From: an uncultured cyanobacterium
GTDB lineage: Bacteria > Cyanobacteriota > Cyanobacteriia > Cyanobacteriales > CAWUOF01
Length of the DNA stretch: 64,000 bases
Direction of reading: 5' to 3'
Assembly (NCBI GenBank): GCA_963744145.1
Contig: CAVUSO010000001.1
Location: 4,576,001-4,640,000, forward strand
The notes under the pieces were generated by a model. The model ran no database searches. It saw only the letters and a list, made by a program, of their open reading frames with translations, and had not been told where the DNA came from. The translations under genes and the position numbers were made by a program. Position 1 is the stretch's first letter; each line of letters begins with the position of its first letter. Below are positions 50,803 through 60,100 of this stretch, piece by piece.

Positions 50803-53800
50803 ATGCTTAACATCCCTGGATTTTCTAGACCGACTGAAATCTATGAAAGTGCTAACTCCCTGGTTTATCGAGCTATCCGGGAAGCAGATCACCAATCTAT
50901 CATCTTAAAAGTCTTGAAAGAAGACTATCCTACCCCCGAGGAACTTGCTCGTTACCGTCGAGAATACGACATTATTAAATCCCTCAATTCCCCTGGGGTT
51001 GTCCAAGTCTATGACTTGCAGAAATATCAAAACACGCTGGTCATGTCAATGGAAGATTTCGGGGGTAAATCATTAAAAATTTGGTTGGAACAGCGACCTT
51101 TTACATTAGCTGAATTTTTGCCAATTGCGATCGCTACTACGAAAATTTTAGGACAAATTCATACTGCTAACATCATTCATAAAGATATCAACCCATCAAA
51201 TATCGTTTTTAATCCCGAAAATGGGCAAATAAAAATCATTGACTTTGGAATTGCTACCCAATTGACTCAAGAAACCCCAGTCTTAAAAGATCCCAATATT
51301 CTGGAAGGAACTCTTGCTTATATGTCTCCAGAACAAACCGGAAGAATGAACCGACCGCTCGACTATCGAACTGATTTTTATTCCCTGGGGATGACTTTTT
51401 ATGAACTATTGACTAACCAATTACCTTTTTCTTCCAATGATCCTTTAGAATTAGTCCATTGTCAGATTGCCAAACTACCACTTCCACCAGCTAAACTTAA
51501 TTCTGAAATTCCTCAAATCATTTCAGAAATAGTGATGAATTTGATTGCTAAAAATGCCGAAGATCGATATCAAAGTGCTGTTGGTATCCAAGCTGATTTA
51601 GAAGAATGTTGGCATCAATTGCAAGCTGATCAAAGTATATCTAATTTTCCCCTCGGTCGTCAAGATATTTCATCTAAATTCCAGATTCCCCCAAAACTCT
51701 ATGGTAGAGACAGAGAAATTGAAACTTTATTAACCGCTTTTGAACGAGTCAGTTTACAGCAAAGCGAATTGATGTTAATTACCGGATCTTCAGGGATTGG
51801 TAAATCAAAATTAGTCCAGGAAATTTACAAACCAATTACCAAAAAACGCGGTTATTTTATTTCTGGTAAATTTGATCAGTATCAACGTAATATTCCCTAC
51901 AGCGCCCTAGTAACTGCTTTTCAAGAATTAATTAAGCAGCTCTTAACAGAACCAGAAATACAACTGGAGCAATGGCGCAAAAAGCTTTTAGCCGCAGTTG
52001 GAGTGAACGGACAAGTAATTGTCGAAGTTATTCCAGAAATCGAACTAATTATTGGTCAGCAACCAGCACTACTAGAACTTGATGCAAATCAATCACAAAA
52101 TCTGTTTCACTTAGTATTTCAGAACTTTATTAAAGTCTTTATTAAACCAGAACATCCCTTAGTCTTATTTCTAGATGATTGGCAATGGGCGGATGGGGCA
52201 TCATTAAAATTAATCGAATTATTATTAATGAGTGTGATGGCAACTCCTGGACTTTTTTTAATTGGTACTTATCGAGATAACGAAGTTTCTGCTGCCCATC
52301 CCTTAATGTTAACTATTGATAAAATTGCTAAACAAGGAGTACCTGTAAATCACATTTACCTATCTCTATTAGATTTATCAACAGTTGCACAACTCATTAG
52401 TGAAACGATCAAGAGTGATCCAACTAAAGTCAAAGATTTAGCTGAGTTAGTTCTCTTTAAAACAGGAGGTAATCCTTTTTTTATTAATCAATTTTTGCAG
52501 TCACTTTATTTAGAAAATTTGTTAAAATTTGATTTATCTCAGAGTGAATGGCAATGGAATTTAGAGCAAATTAAAACCTGTGGATTTACTGATAATGTAG
52601 TTGATCTGCTAGCCAATAAGATGCAAAAACTGCCGAAAAGTACCCAAGATTTGTTAAAATTAGCGGCTTGTATTGGAAATTTATTTGATTTAAAAATTCT
52701 GAGTTTAATTAGTGGAAAATCTCTGGCAGAAATGGTAAATCATTTACATATAGCAGTAAGTGATAATTTAATTATCCCTAGTCATAATGAAAGAAACAGA
52801 GAATTAGCCATAATTCTCAGTGAATCTAACATAAGCAATGAATTTAGTGGGTACTCTTTACCAAGTAACTTTTCCCAATCCATCGAATACAAATTTGCCC
52901 ATGATAAGATTCACCAAGCTACTTATTCATTAATTCCACCATCAGAACGCGCAATCGCCCACTATCAAATTGGCAAATTAATACTAGCCCAAATCTCTCC
53001 CACCGCTCAAGCAGAGCAAATTTTTACAGTAGTACATCAATTAAACTATGGAATCGGGCTAATTGAAAACCAAACCGAACGGGATTACTTAGCTCAATTA
53101 AATCTTTTTGCTGGTCGCAAAGCTAGAGCTACTAGTGCTTATCAAACAGCTTATGAATATGCAGAAATAGGAATCAACTTACTTGATCTTCAATCTTGGG
53201 AACGCGACTATGAAATGACCTTAAAATTGCACGAACTCGGCACCGAGGTGGCTTCCCTATCTGGTAAATTTGAGCAGATGGAAAAGTGGTTTAATTCCGT
53301 AATTAATCATGCTCAGACTTCCCGAGATAAAGTTGGGGTAACTCTTGTCAAAATTCAAGCATTAATTTCCCAAAATCAGCTTTTAGCAGCAATAGCGATC
53401 GGTGAATCAATGCTCAAAGAATTAGGAGTCGAATTTCCTGAACACCCAACCAGAGAGCATATTCAGCAGGTAATGCTCGAAATTTATGACTTGATTAAGC
53501 AGAATCAAGCGAGGGAGGATCACCATCAATCGATCGAAGATTTATTTCATCTCCAAGTAATGGTAGATCCCCAAAAAATAGCAATTATGCAAGTAGCAAC
53601 TAGAATTACCTCAGTTTATTTCATAATCGGTTCACCCTTATTTGTATTGGTAGTTGCTCTCCAGGTAAATTTATCACTTCAGTATGGTAATAGTCCAACT
53701 TCAGCGATTAGCTACGCAGCTTATAGTGGTTGTTTAATTAACTTTTTCCAGGATGTAAAAACCGCGATCCAGTTTAATCAATTAGCTTATCATCTAGCTA

Positions 53801-56562
53801 CAGCACCAGAGGGAAAAAATATTCGTGCAGAAACTTTTGGTCTCATCGGACTCTTTTTACATCATCAGTCTCATTTACGAGAAACCCTACCAATTTATCA
53901 AGCAGGTTATCAAGCAGGTTTAGAAACAGGTAATCTCGAATTCGTTGGACATAATGGACAAGCATTTTGTTTAAATTCCTATTTATGTGGTCGTAATTTA
54001 GCAGAATTAGAGCCAGAAATTCGCGCTTATCGTCAACAATTGTTTGAACTCAATCAGATTACATCAGCAAATTATTGTTCAGTTCATTGGGAAACCGTCC
54101 TATTCCTGTTGGATAATCCCGCTCAAATTGAACTTACTTTTACCAATCAGAGTGCTGAAGAAAAACTGGTTGCTCAATCCCTGTTATCTCAGGATGCTCG
54201 GGTATTTTTCTTTTATCTCAATAGTGCTATGTTAAAATTTATACTGGGTGATATTCCTCGAGCTAAAGCTGATATTATTCGCGCTCGACAATATCTAGCA
54301 GAACGGAGTGGTACTACTTGCGAAGTTATTTTATATTTTTACGATTCTCTCATTACTCTTGCTATTGTTCCTGAGTCTAAAGCTGAATTAGAATTACAGC
54401 AACAACAAATCGAAAAAAATCAAACCAAATTGCAATTCTGGGCTGAACAAGCACCAATGAACTATTTGCATAAGTGGCAATTAGTAGAAGCAGAAAAATG
54501 TCGCATTTTAGGAGATAGATTAGCGGCGATCGACTTTTATGATCAAGCAATTCAAGGAGCTAAAGAGCATGAATTTATCCAGGAAACTGCGATCGCTTAT
54601 GAATTAGCAGCTAAGTTTTATCTATCCCAAGGTAAAGAGCTAAATGCCAAATCTCATCTCCAAGAAGCTTATTACTGTTATCAACTCTGGGGAGCAGTAG
54701 TTAAAATCAAAGATTTAGAACATCGATATCCGCAATTACTAGTCAAAACTCAAGCAAAAATTAAAGATATTAACAATCCAACTACATTAATTACAACTAC
54801 TGGGGAGAACTCTCATCTAGATATCGTCACAGTCATGAAAGCATCTTTAGCTATTTCTAGCGAAATCCTGCTGGATAAATTGCTCTCTAGTTTAATAAAA
54901 ATTGTGCTGGAAAATGCTGGAGCAGAACGGGGATATCTGATTTCACTATTGCCAGGTAAATTTCATATAGAAGTTGTCGGCAGTATTGAAAATAATCAAA
55001 TTAATGTATTATTATCCATACCAACAGAAAATTCTGATCTTTTCTCCGAAGCGATCGTTAATTATGTAGCTAGAACTAAAGAAATTGTAGTTTTAAATGA
55101 TGCAACGGAAACTGATAAATTTAACCATGATATTTATATTAAAACACATCAGCCTAAATCAATCCTCTGTCTACCATTAATTCATCAAAACAAAATTATT
55201 AGTATTGTCTACTTAGAAAATAATTTAACCATAGGAGCTTTCACTTCCGATCGCTTAGAAGTTTTAAAACTTCTATCGGGACAAGCTGCAATCTCCATTG
55301 AAAATGCCAAACTTTACAGCGAAATCCGGGAAAATGAGAACAGACTCAATCAATTTCTAGAAGGAATACCTATAGGAATATTAATTCACGCTCCCGATGG
55401 TAAACCTTTATACACTAATCGGATCGCGCAACAGCTACTTGGTCAAGGAGTGAGAGCAGATACAACCATAGAAAATTTAGCTGAAACTTATGAAATTTAT
55501 CTGACAGGTACAGATCAACTATATCCGAGCAATCAAATACCTGGAATCAGTGCATTACAAGGTAAAAATACCAGAGTAGATGATATTGAACTGCGTCACA
55601 GCGATCGGATTATTCCCATTGAAGCTTGGGGAAAACCGATTTATGATGAACAAGGTAATATTAGTTATGGAATGGGGGTATTTCAAGATATTACCGATCG
55701 CAAAAAAGCGGAAGCGGAACGACAAAGATTTACCAATGAATTATCGCAACTTAACCAAGCATATCAACGCTTTGTCCCTCGTCAATTTCTCCAATTTTTA
55801 CAAAAATCTAGCATTACTGACGTGCAATTAGGAGACCAAGTTCAACTAGAAATGTCTATCTTATTTTCTGATATTCGTGACTTTACCACCCTATCAGAAA
55901 AAATGACACCAGCCGACAATTTTAAATTTATCAATGCTTATCTGTCACGGATGGAACCTGTAATTATTGAAAATCATGGTTTTATTGATAAATATATTGG
56001 TGATGCTATTATGGCACTATTTAGCGGAGCAGCAGATCATGCGGTGAAAGCTGGAATTGCCATGTTACATCGTCTGTTTGAATATAATCAGTCTCGCATT
56101 AATTCTGGCTATATCCCAATTCAAATTGGGATTGGAATTAATACGGGAGCTTTGATGTTAGGAACAGTCGGTGGACAAAATCGCATGGATGGTACAGTGA
56201 TTAGTGATGCTGTAAATTTAGGTTCTCGAGTTGAAGGTTTAACCAAAAATTATGGAGTATCACTATTAATTACTGAACAAACTTATACGCGGTTGAGCAA
56301 TCCCCATAATTATGCAATTAGAACAATTGATACAGTACAAGTTAAAGGAAAATCTCAATTGGTGACTGTATATGAAGTTTTTGATGCTGATTCAGTCGAA
56401 ATTAAAGTCGGTAAATTAGAAACGCAGTCAACCTTTATTGAGGCTTTATCGTTGTATAATCAGGGAGAATTAACTCTAGCTATGCAATTATTTGCAGCTT
56501 GTTTAGAACATAATCCCGGCGATCGTGTAGCCCAAATCTATTTTCAGCGCTGTCAGACATAG
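50803..56562 (+). CDS. Ser/Thr kinase-AAA ATPase-GAF-PAS-class III adenylyl cyclase, paralogue 2
   Basis: HKDINPSN, DFG, GSSGIGKS, DDWQWAD; cyclase FSDIRDFT, DKYIGDAIM, DGTVISDAVNLGSR. Confidence 0.93.
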   Translation: MLNIPGFSRPTEIYESANSLVYRAIREADHQSIILKVLKEDYPTPEELARYRREYDIIKSLNSPGVVQVYDLQKYQNTLVMSMEDFGGKSLKIWLEQRPFTLAEFLPIAIATTKILGQIHTANIIHKDINPSNIVFNPENGQIKIIDFGIATQLTQETPVLKDPNILEGTLAYMSPEQTGRMNRPLDYRTDFYSLGMTFYELLTNQLPFSSNDPLELVHCQIAKLPLPPAKLNSEIPQIISEIVMNLIAKNAEDRYQSAVGIQADLEECWHQLQADQSISNFPLGRQDISSKFQIPPKLYGRDREIETLLTAFERVSLQQSELMLITGSSGIGKSKLVQEIYKPITKKRGYFISGKFDQYQRNIPYSALVTAFQELIKQLLTEPEIQLEQWRKKLLAAVGVNGQVIVEVIPEIELIIGQQPALLELDANQSQNLFHLVFQNFIKVFIKPEHPLVLFLDDWQWADGASLKLIELLLMSVMATPGLFLIGTYRDNEVSAAHPLMLTIDKIAKQGVPVNHIYLSLLDLSTVAQLISETIKSDPTKVKDLAELVLFKTGGNPFFINQFLQSLYLENLLKFDLSQSEWQWNLEQIKTCGFTDNVVDLLANKMQKLPKSTQDLLKLAACIGNLFDLKILSLISGKSLAEMVNHLHIAVSDNLIIPSHNERNRELAIILSESNISNEFSGYSLPSNFSQSIEYKFAHDKIHQATYSLIPPSERAIAHYQIGKLILAQISPTAQAEQIFTVVHQLNYGIGLIENQTERDYLAQLNLFAGRKARATSAYQTAYEYAEIGINLLDLQSWERDYEMTLKLHELGTEVASLSGKFEQMEKWFNSVINHAQTSRDKVGVTLVKIQALISQNQLLAAIAIGESMLKELGVEFPEHPTREHIQQVMLEIYDLIKQNQAREDHHQSIEDLFHLQVMVDPQKIAIMQVATRITSVYFIIGSPLFVLVVALQVNLSLQYGNSPTSAISYAAYSGCLINFFQDVKTAIQFNQLAYHLATAPEGKNIRAETFGLIGLFLHHQSHLRETLPIYQAGYQAGLETGNLEFVGHNGQAFCLNSYLCGRNLAELEPEIRAYRQQLFELNQITSANYCSVHWETVLFLLDNPAQIELTFTNQSAEEKLVAQSLLSQDARVFFFYLNSAMLKFILGDIPRAKADIIRARQYLAERSGTTCEVILYFYDSLITLAIVPESKAELELQQQQIEKNQTKLQFWAEQAPMNYLHKWQLVEAEKCRILGDRLAAIDFYDQAIQGAKEHEFIQETAIAYELAAKFYLSQGKELNAKSHLQEAYYCYQLWGAVVKIKDLEHRYPQLLVKTQAKIKDINNPTTLITTTGENSHLDIVTVMKASLAISSEILLDKLLSSLIKIVLENAGAERGYLISLLPGKFHIEVVGSIENNQINVLLSIPTENSDLFSEAIVNYVARTKEIVVLNDATETDKFNHDIYIKTHQPKSILCLPLIHQNKIISIVYLENNLTIGAFTSDRLEVLKLLSGQAAISIENAKLYSEIRENENRLNQFLEGIPIGILIHAPDGKPLYTNRIAQQLLGQGVRADTTIENLAETYEIYLTGTDQLYPSNQIPGISALQGKNTRVDDIELRHSDRIIPIEAWGKPIYDEQGNISYGMGVFQDITDRKKAEAERQRFTNELSQLNQAYQRFVPRQFLQFLQKSSITDVQLGDQVQLEMSILFSDIRDFTTLSEKMTPADNFKFINAYLSRMEPVIIENHGFIDKYIGDAIMALFSGAADHAVKAGIAMLHRLFEYNQSRINSGYIPIQIGIGINTGALMLGTVGGQNRMDGTVISDAVNLGSRVEGLTKNYGVSLLITEQTYTRLSNPHNYAIRTIDTVQVKGKSQLVTVYEVFDADSVEIKVGKLETQSTFIEALSLYNQGELTLAMQLFAACLEHNPGDRVAQIYFQRCQT

Positions 56563-56668
56563 AAACTTGGGCGTTTTGGGGCTAAAGGATTTGCCGATCG
56601 GCCCCAAGTTGACCAGATTTGCTTCTGAGCAAATAAAAATCAGATAAAAGAAACTAGAAAATCGTGGA

Positions 56669-57688
56669 ATGACTAAACAACCTGATGCAGATTACGATAG
56701 TCCTTGGAAAGAAACCCTAAACTTGTATTTTGAGCCTTTTCTGACTTTTTGTTTTCCGGAAATCTCGAAGGACATTGACTGGAGCAAAGGATATGAAACG
56801 TTAGACGCAGAATTGCAAGAAGTAGTGCGAGATGCCCAAACCGGGGATCGACTTGCAGACAAGCTAGTCAAAGTTTGGCGACTTAATCGCACCAAAGAAA
56901 CTTTATTATTGATACATATAGAGATTCAAGGAGGAGTAGATGTAGAATTTGCCAAGCGGATGTTTATCTACAATCATCGCTTATTTGACCGTTATAATCG
57001 AGAAGTAATTAGTTTAGCAGTATTAGGAGATAACCGAAAATCTTGGCGTCCTAATAATTATGGCTATAGCTTTGGCGGATTTAGCAGTCGGTTAAACTTT
57101 CCCACTGTAAAATTGCTAGACTACCAAAAAGAATGGGAAAGACTCGAACAAAGCACCAATCCATTTGCTGTCATTATTATGGCACATTTAACCGCTAAGA
57201 AAACCACTAGAGATCCACAAAAAAGATTTCAAGGAAAATTAAGCATGGTGCGGGGACTCTTTGAGCGAGGCTATGAGCGAGAGCAAATCTTGGAGTTATT
57301 CCGGTTAATTGACTGGATGATGGTATTACCAACCCAACTAGAACAGGAGTTTCGGGTCGAGTTCAGACGTTATCAGGAGGAAAAGAAAGTGCCATATATT
57401 ACCAGTATTGAACGTTTAGCCAAAGAAGAAGGTAGACAGGAAGGTAGACAGGAAGGTAGACAAGAAGGTAGACAGGAAGGTAGACAGGAAGGTAGACAGG
57501 AAGGTAGTTTACAAACAGCTCACGAAAATATTATTATTGTTTTGGAAGCCAGATTTGGAGAAATTCCAGATCCATTAAGAGCAGACCTTAATCAAATCCA
57601 AGATTTAACCCGATTAGGGCAGCTGTTAAGGAGCAGTATTGCGATCGCATCTTTAGCAGACTTTGCCCAAGAAATTTCTCCAAGTTAG
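56669..57688 (+). CDS. Rpn/YhgA-like PD-(D/E)XK nuclease
   Basis: DYDSPWKE, ADKLVKVW, HIEIQ, FA.RMF.Y..R, PY.TS.ER, EGRQ repeats, L..RFGE.P tail. Confidence 0.85.
   Translation: MTKQPDADYDSPWKETLNLYFEPFLTFCFPEISKDIDWSKGYETLDAELQEVVRDAQTGDRLADKLVKVWRLNRTKETLLLIHIEIQGGVDVEFAKRMFIYNHRLFDRYNREVISLAVLGDNRKSWRPNNYGYSFGGFSSRLNFPTVKLLDYQKEWERLEQSTNPFAVIIMAHLTAKKTTRDPQKRFQGKLSMVRGLFERGYEREQILELFRLIDWMMVLPTQLEQEFRVEFRRYQEEKKVPYITSIERLAKEEGRQEGRQEGRQEGRQEGRQEGRQEGSLQTAHENIIIVLEARFGEIPDPLRADLNQIQDLTRLGQLLRSSIAIASLADFAQEISPS
57375..57391 (+). promoter_or_regulatory. Internal ribosome-binding site and in-frame GTG
   Basis: AGGAGG (57375-57380), 8-nt spacer, then GTG at 57389 (codon 241 of the Rpn ORF). 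Confidence 0.7.
57428..57507 (+). repeat. 12-bp tandem repeat GAAGGTAGACAG, 6 full units plus a partial unit
   Basis: Encodes (EGRQ)6; one unit ends in CAA. Confidence 0.95.
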
Positions 57689-57788
57689 TCGCAAGGAGGG
57701 GGTGTTATTAATCCCCTCTACTTCGATTTCATTTTTCTGGGCGATCGCGATCGGCAAATTAAACCCATCAGCTACTTGAATATTTTCT

Positions 57789-58730
57789 TTAATAATTTTT
57801 TTCTATTTCTAACTCAGCTTCACGTAGCCGATCGCCAACATAACCAAGAGAATCTGTCAAATGTTTATGCCAATAATTCCAAGCTTTATCTGCTTCGGGA
57901 ACATCTTTGCCCCTATGTCCACCGGGAAATACATTAAATTCATTCATTACTCCCAAATTATCTAACTTTTGGTGAAACTCGCGGGATTCTCGCTGAAACC
58001 CATTTTCTTTTTCACCAGCATCTAAATAAATTTTCAAATTTTTGCGCTGATCTTCACTCAGACGATCAATATAAAACATTGGACTATCTTCACGACTATT
58101 TTTATCAATAAAATAACCACTATGACTAAATAGAATTGCAAAACGATGGGGTTTATGTAAACCAATATTCACTGCTCCCCAACCTCCAGAAGATAGTCCA
58201 CCGATCGCCCAGAAATGGGGTTGAGTTTTGGTCCGATAACGATGTTGTACTTCTTCTGCTAATTCATCACCGATCGCTGTGATCATCCGCTCATCAGTAT
58301 TATCTGTATAAACTGGATCTAGCGCAATACTAGAACCCCCTTTCCCATAACCATCAGGGGTAATAATAATTGCATCAGGTAACCGTTTACATTGATTAAG
58401 TTGTTGCCTCACCGCGATCGCTTGTCCTGCGGTAAACCAATTGGTAGGATTACCATGACCTCCATGTAGTAAGAAAATAACTGGGTATCTACGCTCTGGG
58501 TAATGCTGATAATCTACTGGTAACGCTACACCATAAGTGCGCGGGATACCCAGCACCTGGCTTTGATAAGTGACGAGCTGAAAATTGACATTCGTTTGGA
58601 AATCAATAATTTTTGGACAATTCCAATGTTGATGATAGATTTCCCTAAATCCTTTAGATGACCCGCTAATTACCAAAACCATGAAAAGTATTATTCCTAG
58701 TCCTACAGGATGCTTGTATTTTTCCAGCAT
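57789..58730 (-). CDS. Secreted/periplasmic esterase (alpha/beta hydrolase)
   Basis: RYPVIFLLHGG.G, AIGGLSSGG.GA, YLDAG, FPGGH. Confidence 0.85.
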   Translation of the reverse strand: MLEKYKHPVGLGIILFMVLVISGSSKGFREIYHQHWNCPKIIDFQTNVNFQLVTYQSQVLGIPRTYGVALPVDYQHYPERRYPVIFLLHGGHGNPTNWFTAGQAIAVRQQLNQCKRLPDAIIITPDGYGKGGSSIALDPVYTDNTDERMITAIGDELAEEVQHRYRTKTQPHFWAIGGLSSGGWGAVNIGLHKPHRFAILFSHSGYFIDKNSREDSPMFYIDRLSEDQRKNLKIYLDAGEKENGFQRESREFHQKLDNLGVMNEFNVFPGGHRGKDVPEADKAWNYWHKHLTDSLGYVGDRLREAELEIEKNY

Positions 58731-59003
58731 AAGTCAGTTGATAGCGCGTGGCTAAGGGTCAAGTTACTAGTGGTTAAGCAAACTTTATTAGATCTAAAGT
58801 TATGTTTAAGGTAAAGATTTATGGTAAATAAGCTGAAATTAGGCAAACCACACCACCAGGAACGAGAAATTCGCTCATTAAACCACATCCTGCTGTATTG
58901 TAGATGAAGTCGGTGGCGAATTTTTTCTTCGCCTCAACAGAATAGTAATCATTATTACTATCACCATCCTGTCACTATTAATTTTTCTACCTGAGTCCAA
59001 ACC

Positions 59004-60059
59004 ATGGCTACATCTGCTCCCGAATCATCATCCCTTGCACCCAGCCAATGGTGGCGGGGTTTAACTTTGGTACTTTTAGCAACTTTATTTTTATCAATCC
59101 AAAATGTTTTAGTGAGAATTGCTCAATATGATGGCAAATATCCCTTAAAAATTATCGGTGGACTAATCCCAGCCAATATATATGTTATTCCCGATCCAAC
59201 AATTCCGCTCCAAGTGCCTCTTTTAGTCCTGTTGGTGAGAATTACTTTTGTTGTTCCCCTACTCTGGAGTATGTTACCGTTGCTCAAACCAGGAGCCTGG
59301 GAAGAAGCAAGTGCTGTGGTTAAAGGTAGCGATCGCCATCTCCAATTAAGAATTATTGCCGCTGGGATATTACTATTTTTATCGCAAACAGGTACATACA
59401 TAGCCGTTTCTATTGTTGGTCCGGCTACCGCGCTGACAGTTTTCTTTATTTATCCCGTCATCACCACCTTATTAGCATGGCGATTATTTGGCGATCGCCC
59501 TTCTTGGAAACAATGGGTCGCGATCGGTTTAATTATTAGTGGCTGTACTTGGGTATTATTTAGCACTATTCCTGGTGCCAAGTTTGGTACTGATATCGTT
59601 GGGTTAATCGCTGCTGCTATAGCTGGGATTGTTTTTGCGATGGAAGGTATTATTGCTCAATCCTGCTTTAGCAAAGTCAATCCTGCTACATTTACGGGGT
59701 TAATTTTTACGGTTGAATTTGTGGTATTATTATTAGTAGATTTAACTTTTATCCATATCACTTTAAACCCCGGATTGATCATCATGGGTGGTTTACTGTG
59801 TTTAGCAACTTTATCTGGTTATTTATTTAACAATTTTGGCATTAAATCAATTGGTGCAGCGCCAACTGCTATTATTGGTTCTAGCGGTCCAGCAGTAACT
59901 GCAATTTTAGCTGTGTTAATTGTCAATGATAAAACACCTGATTGGGCAGCAATTTTTCTGGTAACTATTGGTGTGGTATTAATGAATTTAGCCAAACTCC
60001 AAAACCAACCTACAGTAATCTTATTAGATGATGATGATGATGATGATGATGATATCTAG
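59004..60059 (+). CDS. EamA/DMT family transporter
   Basis: About 10 TM helices in two repeats, FFIYP..T..LAW.LFGDRP; poly-Asp tail. Confidence 0.85.
   Translation: MATSAPESSSLAPSQWWRGLTLVLLATLFLSIQNVLVRIAQYDGKYPLKIIGGLIPANIYVIPDPTIPLQVPLLVLLVRITFVVPLLWSMLPLLKPGAWEEASAVVKGSDRHLQLRIIAAGILLFLSQTGTYIAVSIVGPATALTVFFIYPVITTLLAWRLFGDRPSWKQWVAIGLIISGCTWVLFSTIPGAKFGTDIVGLIAAAIAGIVFAMEGIIAQSCFSKVNPATFTGLIFTVEFVVLLLVDLTFIHITLNPGLIIMGGLLCLATLSGYLFNNFGIKSIGAAPTAIIGSSGPAVTAILAVLIVNDKTPDWAAIFLVTIGVVLMNLAKLQNQPTVILLDDDDDDDDDI
60027..60053 (+). repeat. (GAT)9 microsatellite encoding poly-Asp
   Basis: Nine perfect GAT codons followed by ATC TAG. Confidence 0.95.
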
Positions 60060-60100
60060 TTTAAGTGAGGGATTAATTCCGAAAATTTCTCCAAAATCAA

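Noticed and set aside
57428..57507. 12-bp array as CRISPR or iterons
   Set aside because: It is a coding EGRQ repeat typical of Rpn-family C-termini.
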